From Desulfovibrio sp. (GTDB lineage: Bacteria > Desulfobacterota > Desulfovibrionia > Desulfovibrionales > Desulfovibrionaceae): a DNA stretch of 64,000 nucleotides. The notes beneath the pieces are model-generated. The model had not been told where the DNA came from and ran no database searches. It worked only from the letters and a program-made list of their open reading frames with translations. Below are positions 38,929 through 50,690 of the stretch, one piece after another; position 1 is the first letter of the stretch, and the number at the start of each line of letters is the position of its first letter. The position numbers and the translations under genes are program-made. Location: contig JAGADH010000180.1 in NCBI GenBank assembly GCA_017613715.1, forward strand, positions 6,483 through 70,482. Reading direction: 5' to 3'.

Positions 38929-40968
38929 TTACGCATTTTTTCCTGCTGCCGGGTCAATGTCGCTGAAAAAATGCAGGCTGTTTTTGCCATTGGCCTTGGA
39001 AGCATAGAGAGCAGAGTCTGCGCGTTGGTAGAGCTCGCTGTATTCCGTGGCGTCCTGTGGGTAGAGCGCAATGCCGATGGAAGCCGTCATATGCCAGTCG
39101 CTGTAACCGTCGGTGCAGTCCATGTCGAGAGCTGCACGCAGTTTCTCAGCTTTTTCTTTAAGCCAGTCAGGGCTGGCTACGGAGATGAAAATCACAAATT
39201 CATCGCCACCGATGCGGCCGATAATGTCGTCGCGGCGGAAAGAGCTCTGCAGGCGCTGGGTAAACTGTTTGAGACAGAAATCGCCAAAACCGTGGCCAAA
39301 CTGATCATTAATCGTTTTAAAATTGTCGATATCCAGGATGAAGAAGGCGTAGTTTTCTGAGGGATCATGCGCCAGCCGGTCGAGAATATTTGTCTCCAGA
39401 GCACGGCGTGAGAGACAGCCGGTCAGGGAGTCGAAGCGAGCCTGAATTTCGTTGGTGATCTCGGTATTGATGTTTTTGGCGTAGAGGTACATGTGGATAT
39501 CGCCAGTTGTGGCGATGCGGAAGAGATGCTGGTCAAGGCGCACCCACTCAAAGGGATCTTTCTCCGAGGCATGGAAAAGGCAGTCAAAATGGCGGTTGAC
39601 TTCACCTTTTTCAAAAGCCTGCAGAATCTTCTCGCGGGCAAAGAAGTTCAGGAAGGGATCCTGAAATTCGCTTTTGATGCAGTTTTTGGCCAAAAGCTGA
39701 ATGCTTTCCGAATAGCTGCGTATTTTGTCATCCAGGGACGTAAACTGCTTGTGCAGGCTCTGGGATGAGAAACGGTCGCGGCTGACATTGATCTGATAGA
39801 TGCTTGTGTATAAAAGCTGGGTGGCTTCGCGGAAGCTTTGATTCTGTTCTTTTTCAACGTGAATCGTCTTTTTCAGTGACAGCACCAGGCTGCGCAGGGC
39901 ATCGGCCAGGACGCCCAGCTCGTCATCGCGTGTCAGATAGAGCATCCTGTCGAGATCGCCTTTGGCCACATCGTGGGCGTAGCGACTGATGAAGGAAACA
40001 TCAGATGTCACAGAGCGGAGTATGACCGTCAGCAGGATGGCCACAATCAAGGTACTGGCCAGCGTCAGACCAATGATCAGGTTGCGGATTTCTTCGCCAT
40101 GCCGTTCCACTTCCTGGGCATCAATACAGGAAACAGCAATCCAGCCTGAGGTGGGTTCCATGTGGTAAGCGACAAGGCGTCTTTTGCCCTTGGAATTGTA
40201 ATAATCGGTCATCAAGCCTGATTCACCGGGAGAAAGCTGTTTCATCCACGGTTGGTGGTAGAACATATTGATGGTTTGAACTTTTTGAAAATCAGGATGC
40301 GCGAGCATCAGTCCGCTTTTGAAGTCGACGAGATAGGAATAGCCGGTATTGGCCATGCGGACATCGTCGATGGTGTCGGCGGCAAGCCATCGGCACGGAA
40401 TGATAAAATAGACCACGCCGCCAATATGCTGGCTATTGTTGTAGACCGGGGAAGCCACCATGATGCATTTTTCGCCTACAGAGCGGCTGATCTGAGGGCG
40501 AGAAAAACTGGTGATGCCCTGCAGAGCCCGTTTGAAATAGAGGCGGTCGTGGACATTGACTTTGCCGATCGAGGGACTGTGGCTGCTCGCAATGACCTGA
40601 CCCGTCTTGCTGGCAAAATTGATCTGAATAAAGGTCTGATAGTTGCCGGGCATATTTTCAAAGAGTTCCTGGACAACCTTCAGCCTTTGGTCAAGCAGGC
40701 TTTGGTCTTGGTCGGGATTCTGGAGAACGTCGGCAAGATCGCGGATATAGGGTAGCTGGGCAATGGAGCGGATATTGTCGATGTAACAGTTGGCTATACT
40801 GCGGATGTTCTTGGTGAGGATGATATTGCCGTCCTGGAGCATGCTCAGCGTGTGGCTTTCAAATCTCTGAACGACAATTTCTGAAATGAACAGAGCACCC
40901 AGCACTGTGGAAGTGATGAGTATGGAGAGTGCTGGAATGAGAATTTTATTGAGCAACGTTGTCTTCAT
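38929..40968 (-). CDS. Diguanylate cyclase with dCache and HAMP domains
   Basis: Two TM helices, DRLYF..AL.G, GYSYLVD...LAHPD, RDDELG.LA, DSLTG, DIDNFK, RIGGDEF. Confidence 0.92.
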   Translation of the reverse strand: MKTTLLNKILIPALSILITSTVLGALFISEIVVQRFESHTLSMLQDGNIILTKNIRSIANCYIDNIRSIAQLPYIRDLADVLQNPDQDQSLLDQRLKVVQELFENMPGNYQTFIQINFASKTGQVIASSHSPSIGKVNVHDRLYFKRALQGITSFSRPQISRSVGEKCIMVASPVYNNSQHIGGVVYFIIPCRWLAADTIDDVRMANTGYSYLVDFKSGLMLAHPDFQKVQTINMFYHQPWMKQLSPGESGLMTDYYNSKGKRRLVAYHMEPTSGWIAVSCIDAQEVERHGEEIRNLIIGLTLASTLIVAILLTVILRSVTSDVSFISRYAHDVAKGDLDRMLYLTRDDELGVLADALRSLVLSLKKTIHVEKEQNQSFREATQLLYTSIYQINVSRDRFSSQSLHKQFTSLDDKIRSYSESIQLLAKNCIKSEFQDPFLNFFAREKILQAFEKGEVNRHFDCLFHASEKDPFEWVRLDQHLFRIATTGDIHMYLYAKNINTEITNEIQARFDSLTGCLSRRALETNILDRLAHDPSENYAFFILDIDNFKTINDQFGHGFGDFCLKQFTQRLQSSFRRDDIIGRIGGDEFVIFISVASPDWLKEKAEKLRAALDMDCTDGYSDWHMTASIGIALYPQDATEYSELYQRADSALYASKANGKNSLHFFSDIDPAAGKNA

Positions 40969-41291
40969 CAAAAACTATCAGCGTTGAGCCTTGGAGTGGC
41001 ATGACCTGCGGGTTATGCTTGGGGCCGGGGAAGAGACGCTGCCTCCGTTGTCTATCATACCTGAAGAAAACCTGCTCTCTTGAGAAAAGTTCTTCGAGCG
41101 TGTGGTCCATGCTGTGCCGATTCTGTCGGACACGTGGCACAGCTTGGGTGGTAGTTGCGTTTCCAAAAGAACGCAGCGTTCAAAGTTCAGAAAAAAGCAG
41201 CAGTAGAGTTCATGGCTCAGAAAAGCATGACATACAAAAAAAAGAGCTCTTTCGGCGTTTAAAGAGCTCCTTTGGACAGAATGAGCGTTCC

Positions 41292-42041
41292 TTAGCCCTG
41301 ACCTGTGGCTGCCGCCTCATCCACAATCCAGATGAGATCACCAACGGTCGGGTGAACATGCTGGGCCGGCAGCGTAGGCGCGTCGAGAAGATTGAGAGCC
41401 TTGGAAAGGACAGCGTGTTTTTCCTTACCCGTGACCAGGAACATGCAGCAGCGGGCATTATTGAGTACAGGCAGGGTCATGGTGATGCGGTCGGCCTTGC
41501 GCTCTGGCACATACTGGTCGATGACAAGGCGTTTGTTTTCAGCCATAGCCGGGGAATTGGGGAAAATAGAGCCTGTGTGGCCGTCTGCGCCCATGCCGAG
41601 GATAATAAAGTCGAAACGTGGGAAGGCCGTGTCGCTGATGCCGAATTCCTGGCGCATCTGTTCTTCGTATTTGGCTGCTGCGGCCACGGGATCACTTTCT
41701 CCGCGCATGCGGTAAAAGTGGGTGGCCGGTACCTTGCTCAGAAGTTCCCGTCTTGCCAGACCATAGTTGCTGTCGGGATGTTCCGGATCCACACAGCGTT
41801 CATCCACAAAGAAAAAGGTCATTTTGTCCCAGGGCAGCCTGTCTGCCCAATCCGGGGCGGCTAAAAGACGGAAGAGGGGAATCGGCGTGACTCCACCTGA
41901 TAAGGCAATGCGAAAGACGCCACGCTCCTCAATGGCTTCTTCACAGGCCGCAGCCAGAATATGTGCGGCGCGTTCGGCCATGGTCGCCGGGTTTTTATGA
42001 ATGTGCAGCGATAAGTGGATCGAACGGACAAGACCCTGCAT
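41292..42041 (-). CDS. pgl: 6-phosphogluconolactonase
   Basis: IALSGG.TP, DERCV....DSNY, LGMGADGHT.S.FP, RITMT.P.LN, GKEK; AAGGAGG RBS. Confidence 0.93.
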   Translation of the reverse strand: MQGLVRSIHLSLHIHKNPATMAERAAHILAAACEEAIEERGVFRIALSGGVTPIPLFRLLAAPDWADRLPWDKMTFFFVDERCVDPEHPDSNYGLARRELLSKVPATHFYRMRGESDPVAAAAKYEEQMRQEFGISDTAFPRFDFIILGMGADGHTGSIFPNSPAMAENKRLVIDQYVPERKADRITMTLPVLNNARCCMFLVTGKEKHAVLSKALNLLDAPTLPAQHVHPTVGDLIWIVDEAAATGQG

Positions 42042-42209
42042 AGGAGCCTCCTTCACTGAGAACGTTCTGAAACGGCATTTCCACGGCAGAAAAGCCGGAA
42101 TTACGATATCTCTGTCAAAAGGACCGCCGCTGCGGCCTGATTTTTCTTTGCTTGGCCGACTATGCCACAAAACAATGCAACTGAAAAGGGCGAACGCCAA
42201 CAAGCTGTT

Positions 42210-43355
42210 TTAATGCTTGCCTTTTGGCGCTTCCTGAGGAGTTGAGAAATTGAAAACCTCCATGTCGCAGAGTCCTTCGGGATGGCCGTCTTGATGCTTG
42301 GAGCAATTGGCCAGTGTTTCCGGCAGAGGATCTGTGTGATAAACACGGGAATTGCTGAGGGTCAGGGTACGCCAGGTGGCGGAGCAGGTCAGGGGGCCTG
42401 CGGCAAGGATTCTTTTGCCCTCATCGCTTGTACCGTCGAGTTCAATGGTCCAGCGGTAGGAGAAATCCTCGCTTGGTCCCGTGGGATGAACAGCATTGAG
42501 CTGACGCTCAAGCAGCAGTTCGCCCTTGGTATTGGAGATCTGCGTTGTGGCATTGACGTTTTTGACGGTCAGGCCTGTCTTGTTGCGGGCCAGCAAATGC
42601 ACCACGATGAGCAGGGTGCGCTTGTCGGAGATGAGACCTGCCTGACAGGAGCAGGACTGGATTTCCATGGTTTTGTGCATCTCCTGCACCACTTTTTTGG
42701 ATTTGCGTATGAGCAGATCGCGTTGAGCGCGCAGGCGTTCTTCGAAAATGGCACGGAAGGTGGTAACTGTCTCATGGGCGTTGAGAAAGTCGCGTACCAT
42801 CCAACCCTCAGAGTTTTTGGTCAGGCCGAGCACAATGGGAAAACTGCGTTTGAGGAGAGGATGCTCGAAGTGGGTAGTGATCATTTGCGATGAGCTATCC
42901 ACATGACGCAGAGTCATATTGCGTACAAGCTGGGGGATGACGTCGGGCGGCAGCACATAGAGCGGTTTTTGCAGCAGTACAACGGGATCATTGATCAGGT
43001 GATCATCGTTGCCTTCGGGCTTCTGACGAAGAATTCTGAGCATCTGGACTTGGAAGAGACTACTGATTTTATCTTCCTGATCGGGCCCGGCCAGGAAAAA
43101 AGGGAAGGTTTTGGCGGTTTCCTGGGCAAGATGCTTGGTAATAGTTCTAAAATCCACAAGATGGGCCAGCTTTTCAATATTGGCGGAAGCAAGAGCTGTC
43201 TGAAACGTACCAAAGGCGTATTCCGGTGACTGGCGGAACTGATAGTAGCGTACGCCAAAGACCGTGGCCAGGCCCAGCAGTACGGAGAGCAAGGTACCCA
43301 GAATGATCCATTTATATTTTTTGATTTTTTCCTTGATGGTCTGCACTAGCTGCAT
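42210..43355 (-). CDS. Membrane-anchored hypothetical protein
   Basis: N-terminal TM helix followed by SPEY motif; 381 aa. Confidence 0.7.
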   Translation of the reverse strand: MQLVQTIKEKIKKYKWIILGTLLSVLLGLATVFGVRYYQFRQSPEYAFGTFQTALASANIEKLAHLVDFRTITKHLAQETAKTFPFFLAGPDQEDKISSLFQVQMLRILRQKPEGNDDHLINDPVVLLQKPLYVLPPDVIPQLVRNMTLRHVDSSSQMITTHFEHPLLKRSFPIVLGLTKNSEGWMVRDFLNAHETVTTFRAIFEERLRAQRDLLIRKSKKVVQEMHKTMEIQSCSCQAGLISDKRTLLIVVHLLARNKTGLTVKNVNATTQISNTKGELLLERQLNAVHPTGPSEDFSYRWTIELDGTSDEGKRILAAGPLTCSATWRTLTLSNSRVYHTDPLPETLANCSKHQDGHPEGLCDMEVFNFSTPQEAPKGKH

Positions 43356-43391
43356 GGTTTGCTCCGCACTTGAGCCGCTTGGGCTGCAGGC

Positions 43392-44114
43392 TTATTCGTG
43401 ATTGGCTTTGCATTCGAGAACCGGTTCAAGACCGGTCATCTTGCGGAAACGGGTGGGGAGAATGAGAGGCGTCAACGTGCTCTTGGGTGACATGTCCAGG
43501 CGGATGGTGGTCCAGGCTCCCAGGGGAATGCGGGTTTTCCAGGTGTTGAAGAAAAGCTTGGGCCAGAAGCGTCTGAGCGGTGCAAAGGCGAAGAGCAGGG
43601 TACTTTTGGTGGTCAGGCAGCCCCGGTCGGTACGCAGCAGCATACGGCGCACGTGCCACCAATTGAAGCTGCCAAGGCTGGCCGAAAGACCCTTTTGCAG
43701 GAAACAGACCGGTGAGGCACTGTTCCAGAAGGTCAGACACAGACCGAGACTTGCCACGCGACAAGCTTCATTGAGCACGTCTTCAAGGATCTCACTGTCG
43801 TTTTCTGCCTTAAGATGGAGAACAACCCAGTCGAAAGAAGCATTGTCAAAGGGCAGGTCATTGTCCTGAGCGGCAAAGATTTCGGCATGCCGGCCCATAC
43901 TTTGGGCTGCCAGCGTGCGGAGACGAAAATTCAGTTCTGTGGCCGAAACATCAAAACCGGCATGCCATAACGATTTTAAAAAACGGCCGTCACCACAGTT
44001 GATGTCGAGTAAGGTCTTGCCCCGGCGCCGCCAGTCGGCGATGCTGGACTGAAGGAGTGCGTTCTGGATGCGGCGGATGAAGAGTTCGTCGGGATTGAGT
44101 CTGGTTGAGCGCAT
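43392..44114 (-). CDS. Class I SAM-dependent methyltransferase-like protein
   Basis: LLDINCGDG, LPFDNASFDWV, EACRVA. Confidence 0.75.
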   Translation of the reverse strand: MRSTRLNPDELFIRRIQNALLQSSIADWRRRGKTLLDINCGDGRFLKSLWHAGFDVSATELNFRLRTLAAQSMGRHAEIFAAQDNDLPFDNASFDWVVLHLKAENDSEILEDVLNEACRVASLGLCLTFWNSASPVCFLQKGLSASLGSFNWWHVRRMLLRTDRGCLTTKSTLLFAFAPLRRFWPKLFFNTWKTRIPLGAWTTIRLDMSPKSTLTPLILPTRFRKMTGLEPVLECKANHE

Positions 44115-44368
44115 GGCAGTAGCCTGAGTTTCCCAGCAGCTTCTGCTTTTGGGCATTGTGTTCCGAATCAGCAAAAAGATTCAGTTGCTCTGAGGACGGC
44201 AAAAACGTAGGCTAGCGATACAGTACGGCAAGAGACAGAAGATCGATGGACGGTGAACAGGATATTTGGCACGGCCAATTTAGCTTAAATACGCCATCTC
44301 ATTGCAGAACGCAAGGCTCGCTGCCATGGCTTGAGAGGCCGGATGGCGGAGAAAAAAAGGAGATCCTG

Positions 44369-45928
44369 ATGGAAAAAGAGAAGCGGAAAAGCGCCAAAAG
44401 ACCTTGTAGGAGCCTCTGCTGGCTGCTGCTCTGTCTTGTCTTGTCCTTTGGTGTGGCTGAGGCATCTGAGCTGGCTCTTGTGTCGCCCTGTGCTGCCTTG
44501 CTTTCTCAGGAAGGCGGCGTATTGCGCGTACAGCAGGAGGCGCAGGTCAGCGAGCGTAACGGTCAGAGCAGCATAGCGCTGCTTTTGCCGGCTCAGGCGG
44601 AAAATATCCGTATCGAAGTCGAGGGCGCAAGCATTGTGCAGGAAGAGAGCTTTCCCTATCCTTTGCAGCCCACAAGCGGACGAGCAAAGCGCGCCCGTGA
44701 GCTTGCAGAGCATCTGGAAGCTGCCAATGTGCGCCTGACCTTGCTCAAGGAGCGTCTGGAGATCTGGAACACGGTTCCCAAAGACCTGAAACCGGCGGAC
44801 ATTGAAGCCTGGGACAGCAAGAAGATCCATGTGCTGGAGACGCTTTTGCCGGAAAAAAACGCTCTTGAGCGTGAAATCCGCGAACTCAAGGAAGAACTGA
44901 AAAACCTGCCCGGCGAGGAGCGCTTTGGCAAGCTTGTCAGGCTGACACTGAGAGAAAAGGTCAAGACCGCGCATCTACCGGTTACCTACAGCTATTTCCT
45001 GAAAAAGTGCGGCTGGCGTGCCCATTATGCCTTTGCCATTGCGCCTGAAAAAGCCAAAAAGTCCGTTTTTGTGCGGCTGATGGCTCAGGTCTGGCAGGAA
45101 AGCGGTATGGACTGGACAGGAACAGAGATCACGCTGGTTACGGGCAGCAAGGGCAAACTCATGCCTCCGGCTCTGGCCAACTGGATTCTCGAGGCCCATG
45201 AAGAGCGTCCCAAGGGGGGCAATCGTGCTCTTGTCTACGAAGATGCTGTTCCCATGGAGGTGGAGTCGGCCCGTGCTGCCCGTCGTGCGGAAAGTCATAC
45301 TGCCGCCACTCAGGATACCAGTGGCATTTACGCCAGCTGGCTTCTGCCTGCCCGCAATCTTGAGCAGGGAAAAAGCTCCATGCTCATTTGCCAGAAAGAA
45401 TGGGAAACGCCGCTGCTCTGGCTTGCCAGGCCAAGCATCAATCAGGGGCAGGTCTTTCTGATGGCGCGGCATGAGATAGCTCAGGGTGAAGTCTGGCCCG
45501 ATGGCGATGCGGTCTTTTCCGTTTCAGGTCAGGAAACGGGCCGTGGCCGTTTCACTGTGCGGGGACCAGAGCTTACGCTGTATTTTGGCTGCGATCCGCG
45601 TGTCAGTCTCGAAGTGGTGCAGGATAAGCAAAAGCGTGGGGAAAGCGGTTTCCTTGGCCGGGACAAGACCTGGACCTGGGAATGGACCTATATCGTGCAC
45701 AACAATCACAGCGAGCCCGTGCATCTGCGGCTTGAGCGACCTGAACCTCAGGTGGTGCAGGAGAAGATTACGGTGAGCTTTGAAGACAGTCCAAAGCCTG
45801 TTGTTGATGCCAAAAAGCACGTTCGTGTCTGGGAGCTGGATCTTGCCGCAGGCGCCTCGCAGAGCATTCGTCATGCTTTGACCATTAAGGCCCCTGAGAA
45901 TATGGCGTTTTACCCCAAGGTGCCCTAA
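44369..45928 (+). CDS. DUF4139/DUF4140 (MuiA-like) secreted protein
   Basis: Signal peptide, coiled coil, YSY....GW..Y, AQVWQESG.DW, LYFG.DP.V, G.L.....WTW. Confidence 0.8.
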   Translation: MEKEKRKSAKRPCRSLCWLLLCLVLSFGVAEASELALVSPCAALLSQEGGVLRVQQEAQVSERNGQSSIALLLPAQAENIRIEVEGASIVQEESFPYPLQPTSGRAKRARELAEHLEAANVRLTLLKERLEIWNTVPKDLKPADIEAWDSKKIHVLETLLPEKNALEREIRELKEELKNLPGEERFGKLVRLTLREKVKTAHLPVTYSYFLKKCGWRAHYAFAIAPEKAKKSVFVRLMAQVWQESGMDWTGTEITLVTGSKGKLMPPALANWILEAHEERPKGGNRALVYEDAVPMEVESARAARRAESHTAATQDTSGIYASWLLPARNLEQGKSSMLICQKEWETPLLWLARPSINQGQVFLMARHEIAQGEVWPDGDAVFSVSGQETGRGRFTVRGPELTLYFGCDPRVSLEVVQDKQKRGESGFLGRDKTWTWEWTYIVHNNHSEPVHLRLERPEPQVVQEKITVSFEDSPKPVVDAKKHVRVWELDLAAGASQSIRHALTIKAPENMAFYPKVP

Positions 45929-46179
45929 AAAGAGCTTTGTCCGAGCTGCCTGCCATGCGGTCAGGCCGGACAAGGATGGTTTTTTCCTCGCGGCAGAACA
46001 CTTGACAGAAAATTGAAAAATGGTGACTTTTCAAAACTAAGCAATTTTTTTTTGATAAGGTTTTGCATGCTCTGCAGGCAGATAGGCTTGTTCTCCGCGC
46101 TCTCTGAAGGAGCTGCTTTTCAGGTCAGTGCTTGCGGGAACGCGGCGTACACACTACTCAAAACGGGAGATGGCAAACG

Positions 46180-47595
46180 ATGCGCACCAAGATTGTCTGC
46201 ACAATAGGACCCGCCTCACGGTCACGGGAGCGCCTTCTGGCTTTGGCCAAGGCCGGGGTGAGTGTTTTCAGACTTAATTTTTCTCACGGTGTTGCTGCAG
46301 ATTTTGCAACGACCATAGAGAACATCCGTTCTGTGGAAAAAGAACTTGGTCGTCCCATCACCATTATGCAGGATCTCTCGGGTCCCAAGATCCGTCTTGG
46401 TGTCGTTCCCGACGGGGGAATTCAGCTTGAAAAGGGCGCCCGTGTGCTTTTGGGACCTGAAGCTTCCAGAACCACGGAAATGCCCTATCTTCCCTTTGAT
46501 CATCCCTTGATCCTGGATCATTTGGAAAAGGGTGACCGCCTGGTGCTTGCCGACGGTGGACTGCAGTTCACCGTGGATGAACGCCGCAGTGACGGTCTGG
46601 TTGTGCTGATCTCGGAAAATTCAGGTCTTGTGACGTCGCGCAAGGGCCTGGCTTTGCCCGGCAAGATCACCCGCGTGCGTGCCCTGACGGATAAGGACAA
46701 GACTGACCTTGAAGCTGCCCTTGCCCTGGGTGTGGACGCTGTGGCCATTTCCTATGTGCAGACAGTCGATGATGTGCTTGAAGCCAAGGAACTGATAGCC
46801 AAGTGCGGACGGCGGGTACCTGTTGTCGTCAAACTGGAACGTCAGTCTGCTGTGGATAATCTTGATGCCATTCTCCAGGAAACCGATGTGGTGATGGTGG
46901 CCCGCGGCGATCTTGGTGTGGAATGTCCGCTGCCGCTTTTGCCCATGTTGCAGAAGAAGATTATCGAAGCCTGCAACCGTGCTTCCAAGCCCGTGATCGT
47001 GGCGACTCAGATGCTGCTTTCCATGGTCAACAGTCCTGCTCCCACCCGTGCTGAGACTACCGACGTGGCCAATGCCGTACTCGATGGTGCCGACTGCGTG
47101 ATGCTCTCCGAAGAAACGGCCATGGGCAATTTCCCAGTGGAAACGGTGCAGTATATGCAACGCATCACCACAGAAGCAGAAAACCTTCTGCAGGAGCGTT
47201 TTTGCCATAAGGAACCTGGCAAGGATAAAGGCATTCCCGAATATTTGGCCTATTCAGCCTGCATTCTGGCGGACAAGGCCGGTGCCTGCGCCATTGTCTC
47301 CCACAGCCTGAGCGGCAAGAGTGCCCAGCAGGTTTCGGCGCGCAGGCCCACGCAGGCCATCTATGCTCTGACACCGGAATATTCTTCAGTGCGGCTTTTG
47401 AACTTTGTCTGGGGCGTGACTCCGATCTTTGTGGAACATCCGGAAGAAGAGACAAGCCATCTTCTGCGGGCTGAAAACTTCATTGCCGGCAGTTCCGATT
47501 TTGCTCAGGGTGACTGTGTGGTCATTACCGCTGGTCAGACAAGAGGAGAGCAGACACCGAGAGGTACCAATCTCGTCAAACTTTTTTGGAAATAG
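46180..47595 (+). CDS. pyk: Pyruvate kinase
   Basis: RTKIVCTIGPAS, RLNFSHG, DLSGPKIR, VMVARGDLGVE, ATQML.SM, PTRAE.TDVANAVLDG. Confidence 0.98.
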   Translation: MRTKIVCTIGPASRSRERLLALAKAGVSVFRLNFSHGVAADFATTIENIRSVEKELGRPITIMQDLSGPKIRLGVVPDGGIQLEKGARVLLGPEASRTTEMPYLPFDHPLILDHLEKGDRLVLADGGLQFTVDERRSDGLVVLISENSGLVTSRKGLALPGKITRVRALTDKDKTDLEAALALGVDAVAISYVQTVDDVLEAKELIAKCGRRVPVVVKLERQSAVDNLDAILQETDVVMVARGDLGVECPLPLLPMLQKKIIEACNRASKPVIVATQMLLSMVNSPAPTRAETTDVANAVLDGADCVMLSEETAMGNFPVETVQYMQRITTEAENLLQERFCHKEPGKDKGIPEYLAYSACILADKAGACAIVSHSLSGKSAQQVSARRPTQAIYALTPEYSSVRLLNFVWGVTPIFVEHPEEETSHLLRAENFIAGSSDFAQGDCVVITAGQTRGEQTPRGTNLVKLFWK

Positions 47596-47603
47596 TAGGA
47601 CAC

Positions 47604-48629
47604 ATGTCGATCAATAATGAAGATTATTTTCAGATAAATACTGAAATTCTTGAAAGTTTTCACAAACACAGACCACCTTTGGATCTTTATGTCTTCAGGG
47701 AGAATATCGGCGTTCTTGAGCCGTTTTACCGCAAGGGTGGACGGCTGACGGATGCGCAGGTGTCTGAGCTTGCTGAAATCTGCGCAAACGGCAATCTCTT
47801 TGTGGCGCATTCTGATAAGAAAATCTACGAGGCGTACATGGTCCGGCAGCTGGATCTTGTACTCCTTGATCCCAATATGACAGAAGGGGAGATTGCCGAA
47901 CTGTGCATCGTGGGGATTGCCCTGCGCTTCAGCAGTTTTTATGAACAGCCTGTGCCGGATATGATGCAGTTTCTCTACCATGATGTCATGGTTGTTACGG
48001 AGTACCTCTGGCAGGACAAGCATCGTATTGCACCCTTTATGCGCCGCTTGTTTCGGAAGGCTGAACCGGCCAGACATGCTGTCAATACGATGATAGTGGG
48101 TACGTGGCTGTGGATGCAGATGAATCAGGACTATAGTCGTAAGGAACTTGACCGAGTCATGCTGGCTCTTGTGCTGCATGATGCGGGCATGTGCAAGGTG
48201 CCGCAATTCTATTTGTCCAAAAAAGGCCGGCTGACGCAGGATGAGTGGGATAAGATGTCCAAGCACACTGTGGCATCGGTCAAACTCATGCAAAAATGCG
48301 ATCTGAAGTTTGATGAACTGATCAGGGCCTGTTTTGAGCATCATGAACGCATGGATGGTTCAGGCTATCCGCAGCGTACGCGTGCAGGGCAGATCAGTGT
48401 CATGGGCAGGTTGACAGCTCTTGCCGATTCCTTTTCAGCCATGATCTGCGATCGTGCTTACGCCAAAGCCAAGAGTCCTGAACAGGCCGGCAATGAGCTT
48501 TTTGCAGACAGCCGTTATGATCGCACCATGGCCAGTATTCTCTCCACGGCCTTTGTTTCCGGAGGGCCTTTATCCTCGCTCACTGACGTGGACAGCAAAT
48601 TGGAAGCGTTTAAAAACAGTCAGGCCTAG
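47604..48629 (+). CDS. HD-GYP domain phosphodiesterase
   Basis: LHDAGMCK, HHERMDGSGYP, ADSFSAM...RAY. Confidence 0.88.
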   Translation: MSINNEDYFQINTEILESFHKHRPPLDLYVFRENIGVLEPFYRKGGRLTDAQVSELAEICANGNLFVAHSDKKIYEAYMVRQLDLVLLDPNMTEGEIAELCIVGIALRFSSFYEQPVPDMMQFLYHDVMVVTEYLWQDKHRIAPFMRRLFRKAEPARHAVNTMIVGTWLWMQMNQDYSRKELDRVMLALVLHDAGMCKVPQFYLSKKGRLTQDEWDKMSKHTVASVKLMQKCDLKFDELIRACFEHHERMDGSGYPQRTRAGQISVMGRLTALADSFSAMICDRAYAKAKSPEQAGNELFADSRYDRTMASILSTAFVSGGPLSSLTDVDSKLEAFKNSQA

Positions 48630-48683
48630 ACAGCAAAACCGCCTGGCAGCTCTTTTCAACGATCTTTTTTCCCTTGATATGAG

Positions 48684-48714
48684 AACCTCCCGGTCAAAAA
48701 CGGGAGGTTTTTTT
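48684..48714 (+). terminator. Intrinsic terminator after the HD-GYP gene
   Basis: AACCTCCCG...CGGGAGGTT followed by a T run. Confidence 0.75.
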
Positions 48715-48982
48715 GCTTATGAGTCCAGATTATATGGGTGATAAGGGGAATTCAGCTTACGCTTTCTGCTTTTTCACTCCCATTGGGGGAGTTCTGTTTA
48801 CGCTGTTATGAGTGGCCCAATGTCAAGTTCAAAAAAAGGCTTGTACATGCTGGTTTGCGGACTTTCAAAGCCTTTCTGTCCTGATCCGGCTGACATTCGC
48901 TGGCTATCGGAAAGAGGAAGCACGCACTTTTCGTCTGCCTGTCACAATTCTCATTGACATGAGCCGCGTTACGATTACATAA

Positions 48983-49059
48983 GGTACGAATAGTACCTGC
49001 CCCCCCGCGTTGAGCGGAAAATTCACATGTCCATGTGAGGGTCGGCAGGTCTTTTTTTT
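48983..49059 (+). ncRNA. Candidate structured small RNA (family not recognised)
   Basis: TTGACA at 48954; ACCTGCC/GGCAGGT closing stem around two internal hairpins; 8 Ts follow; lies between two convergent terminators. Confidence 0.35.
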
Positions 49060-49082
49060 GCCCTGAGTGGCGTGGATTTCCG

Positions 49083-49112
49083 AAAAAAAAACGGCCGGGT
49101 TGCTCCCGGCCG
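49083..49112 (-). terminator. Intrinsic terminator after the dctP-like gene
   Basis: CGGCCGGG-TTGCT-CCCGGCCG stem with an A9 tract (T tract on the minus strand). Confidence 0.75.
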
Positions 49113-49126
49113 GTCATCAGAGGGTA

Positions 49127-50374
<1,248 letters not shown>

Positions 50375-50690
50375 CTACTTTAATCTGTCTGTGAGCGTGG
50401 GCCTGCTTTTTTTGCGGCCTGCCGCTTACGTTTCTTTTTGCAGGCCAGGATGAAGCACTGAGCTTGGCATTGTTTGGAAGTTTTGCCGTCTGATCATGAG
50501 ATCTGACGCTTTTTTGATCAAGAGAGGAAAAGAAATCAGGGGCAGCGTTTCCTCCCTGGCCAATAGGTCGGTCTTTCCACGCTGATATTTTCATGGCAGA
50601 CATTTTCTCAGCACTCAAAACGGCAGATATTCCGGTTCTTGTGGGCGTCCTTTCTTTGCTCGGGGCACTTATCTATTCTCTTGTGCAGTT

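Noticed and set aside
40959-41864. 301-aa plus-strand ORF
   Set aside because: Mostly antisense to pgl and crosses its terminator; no motifs
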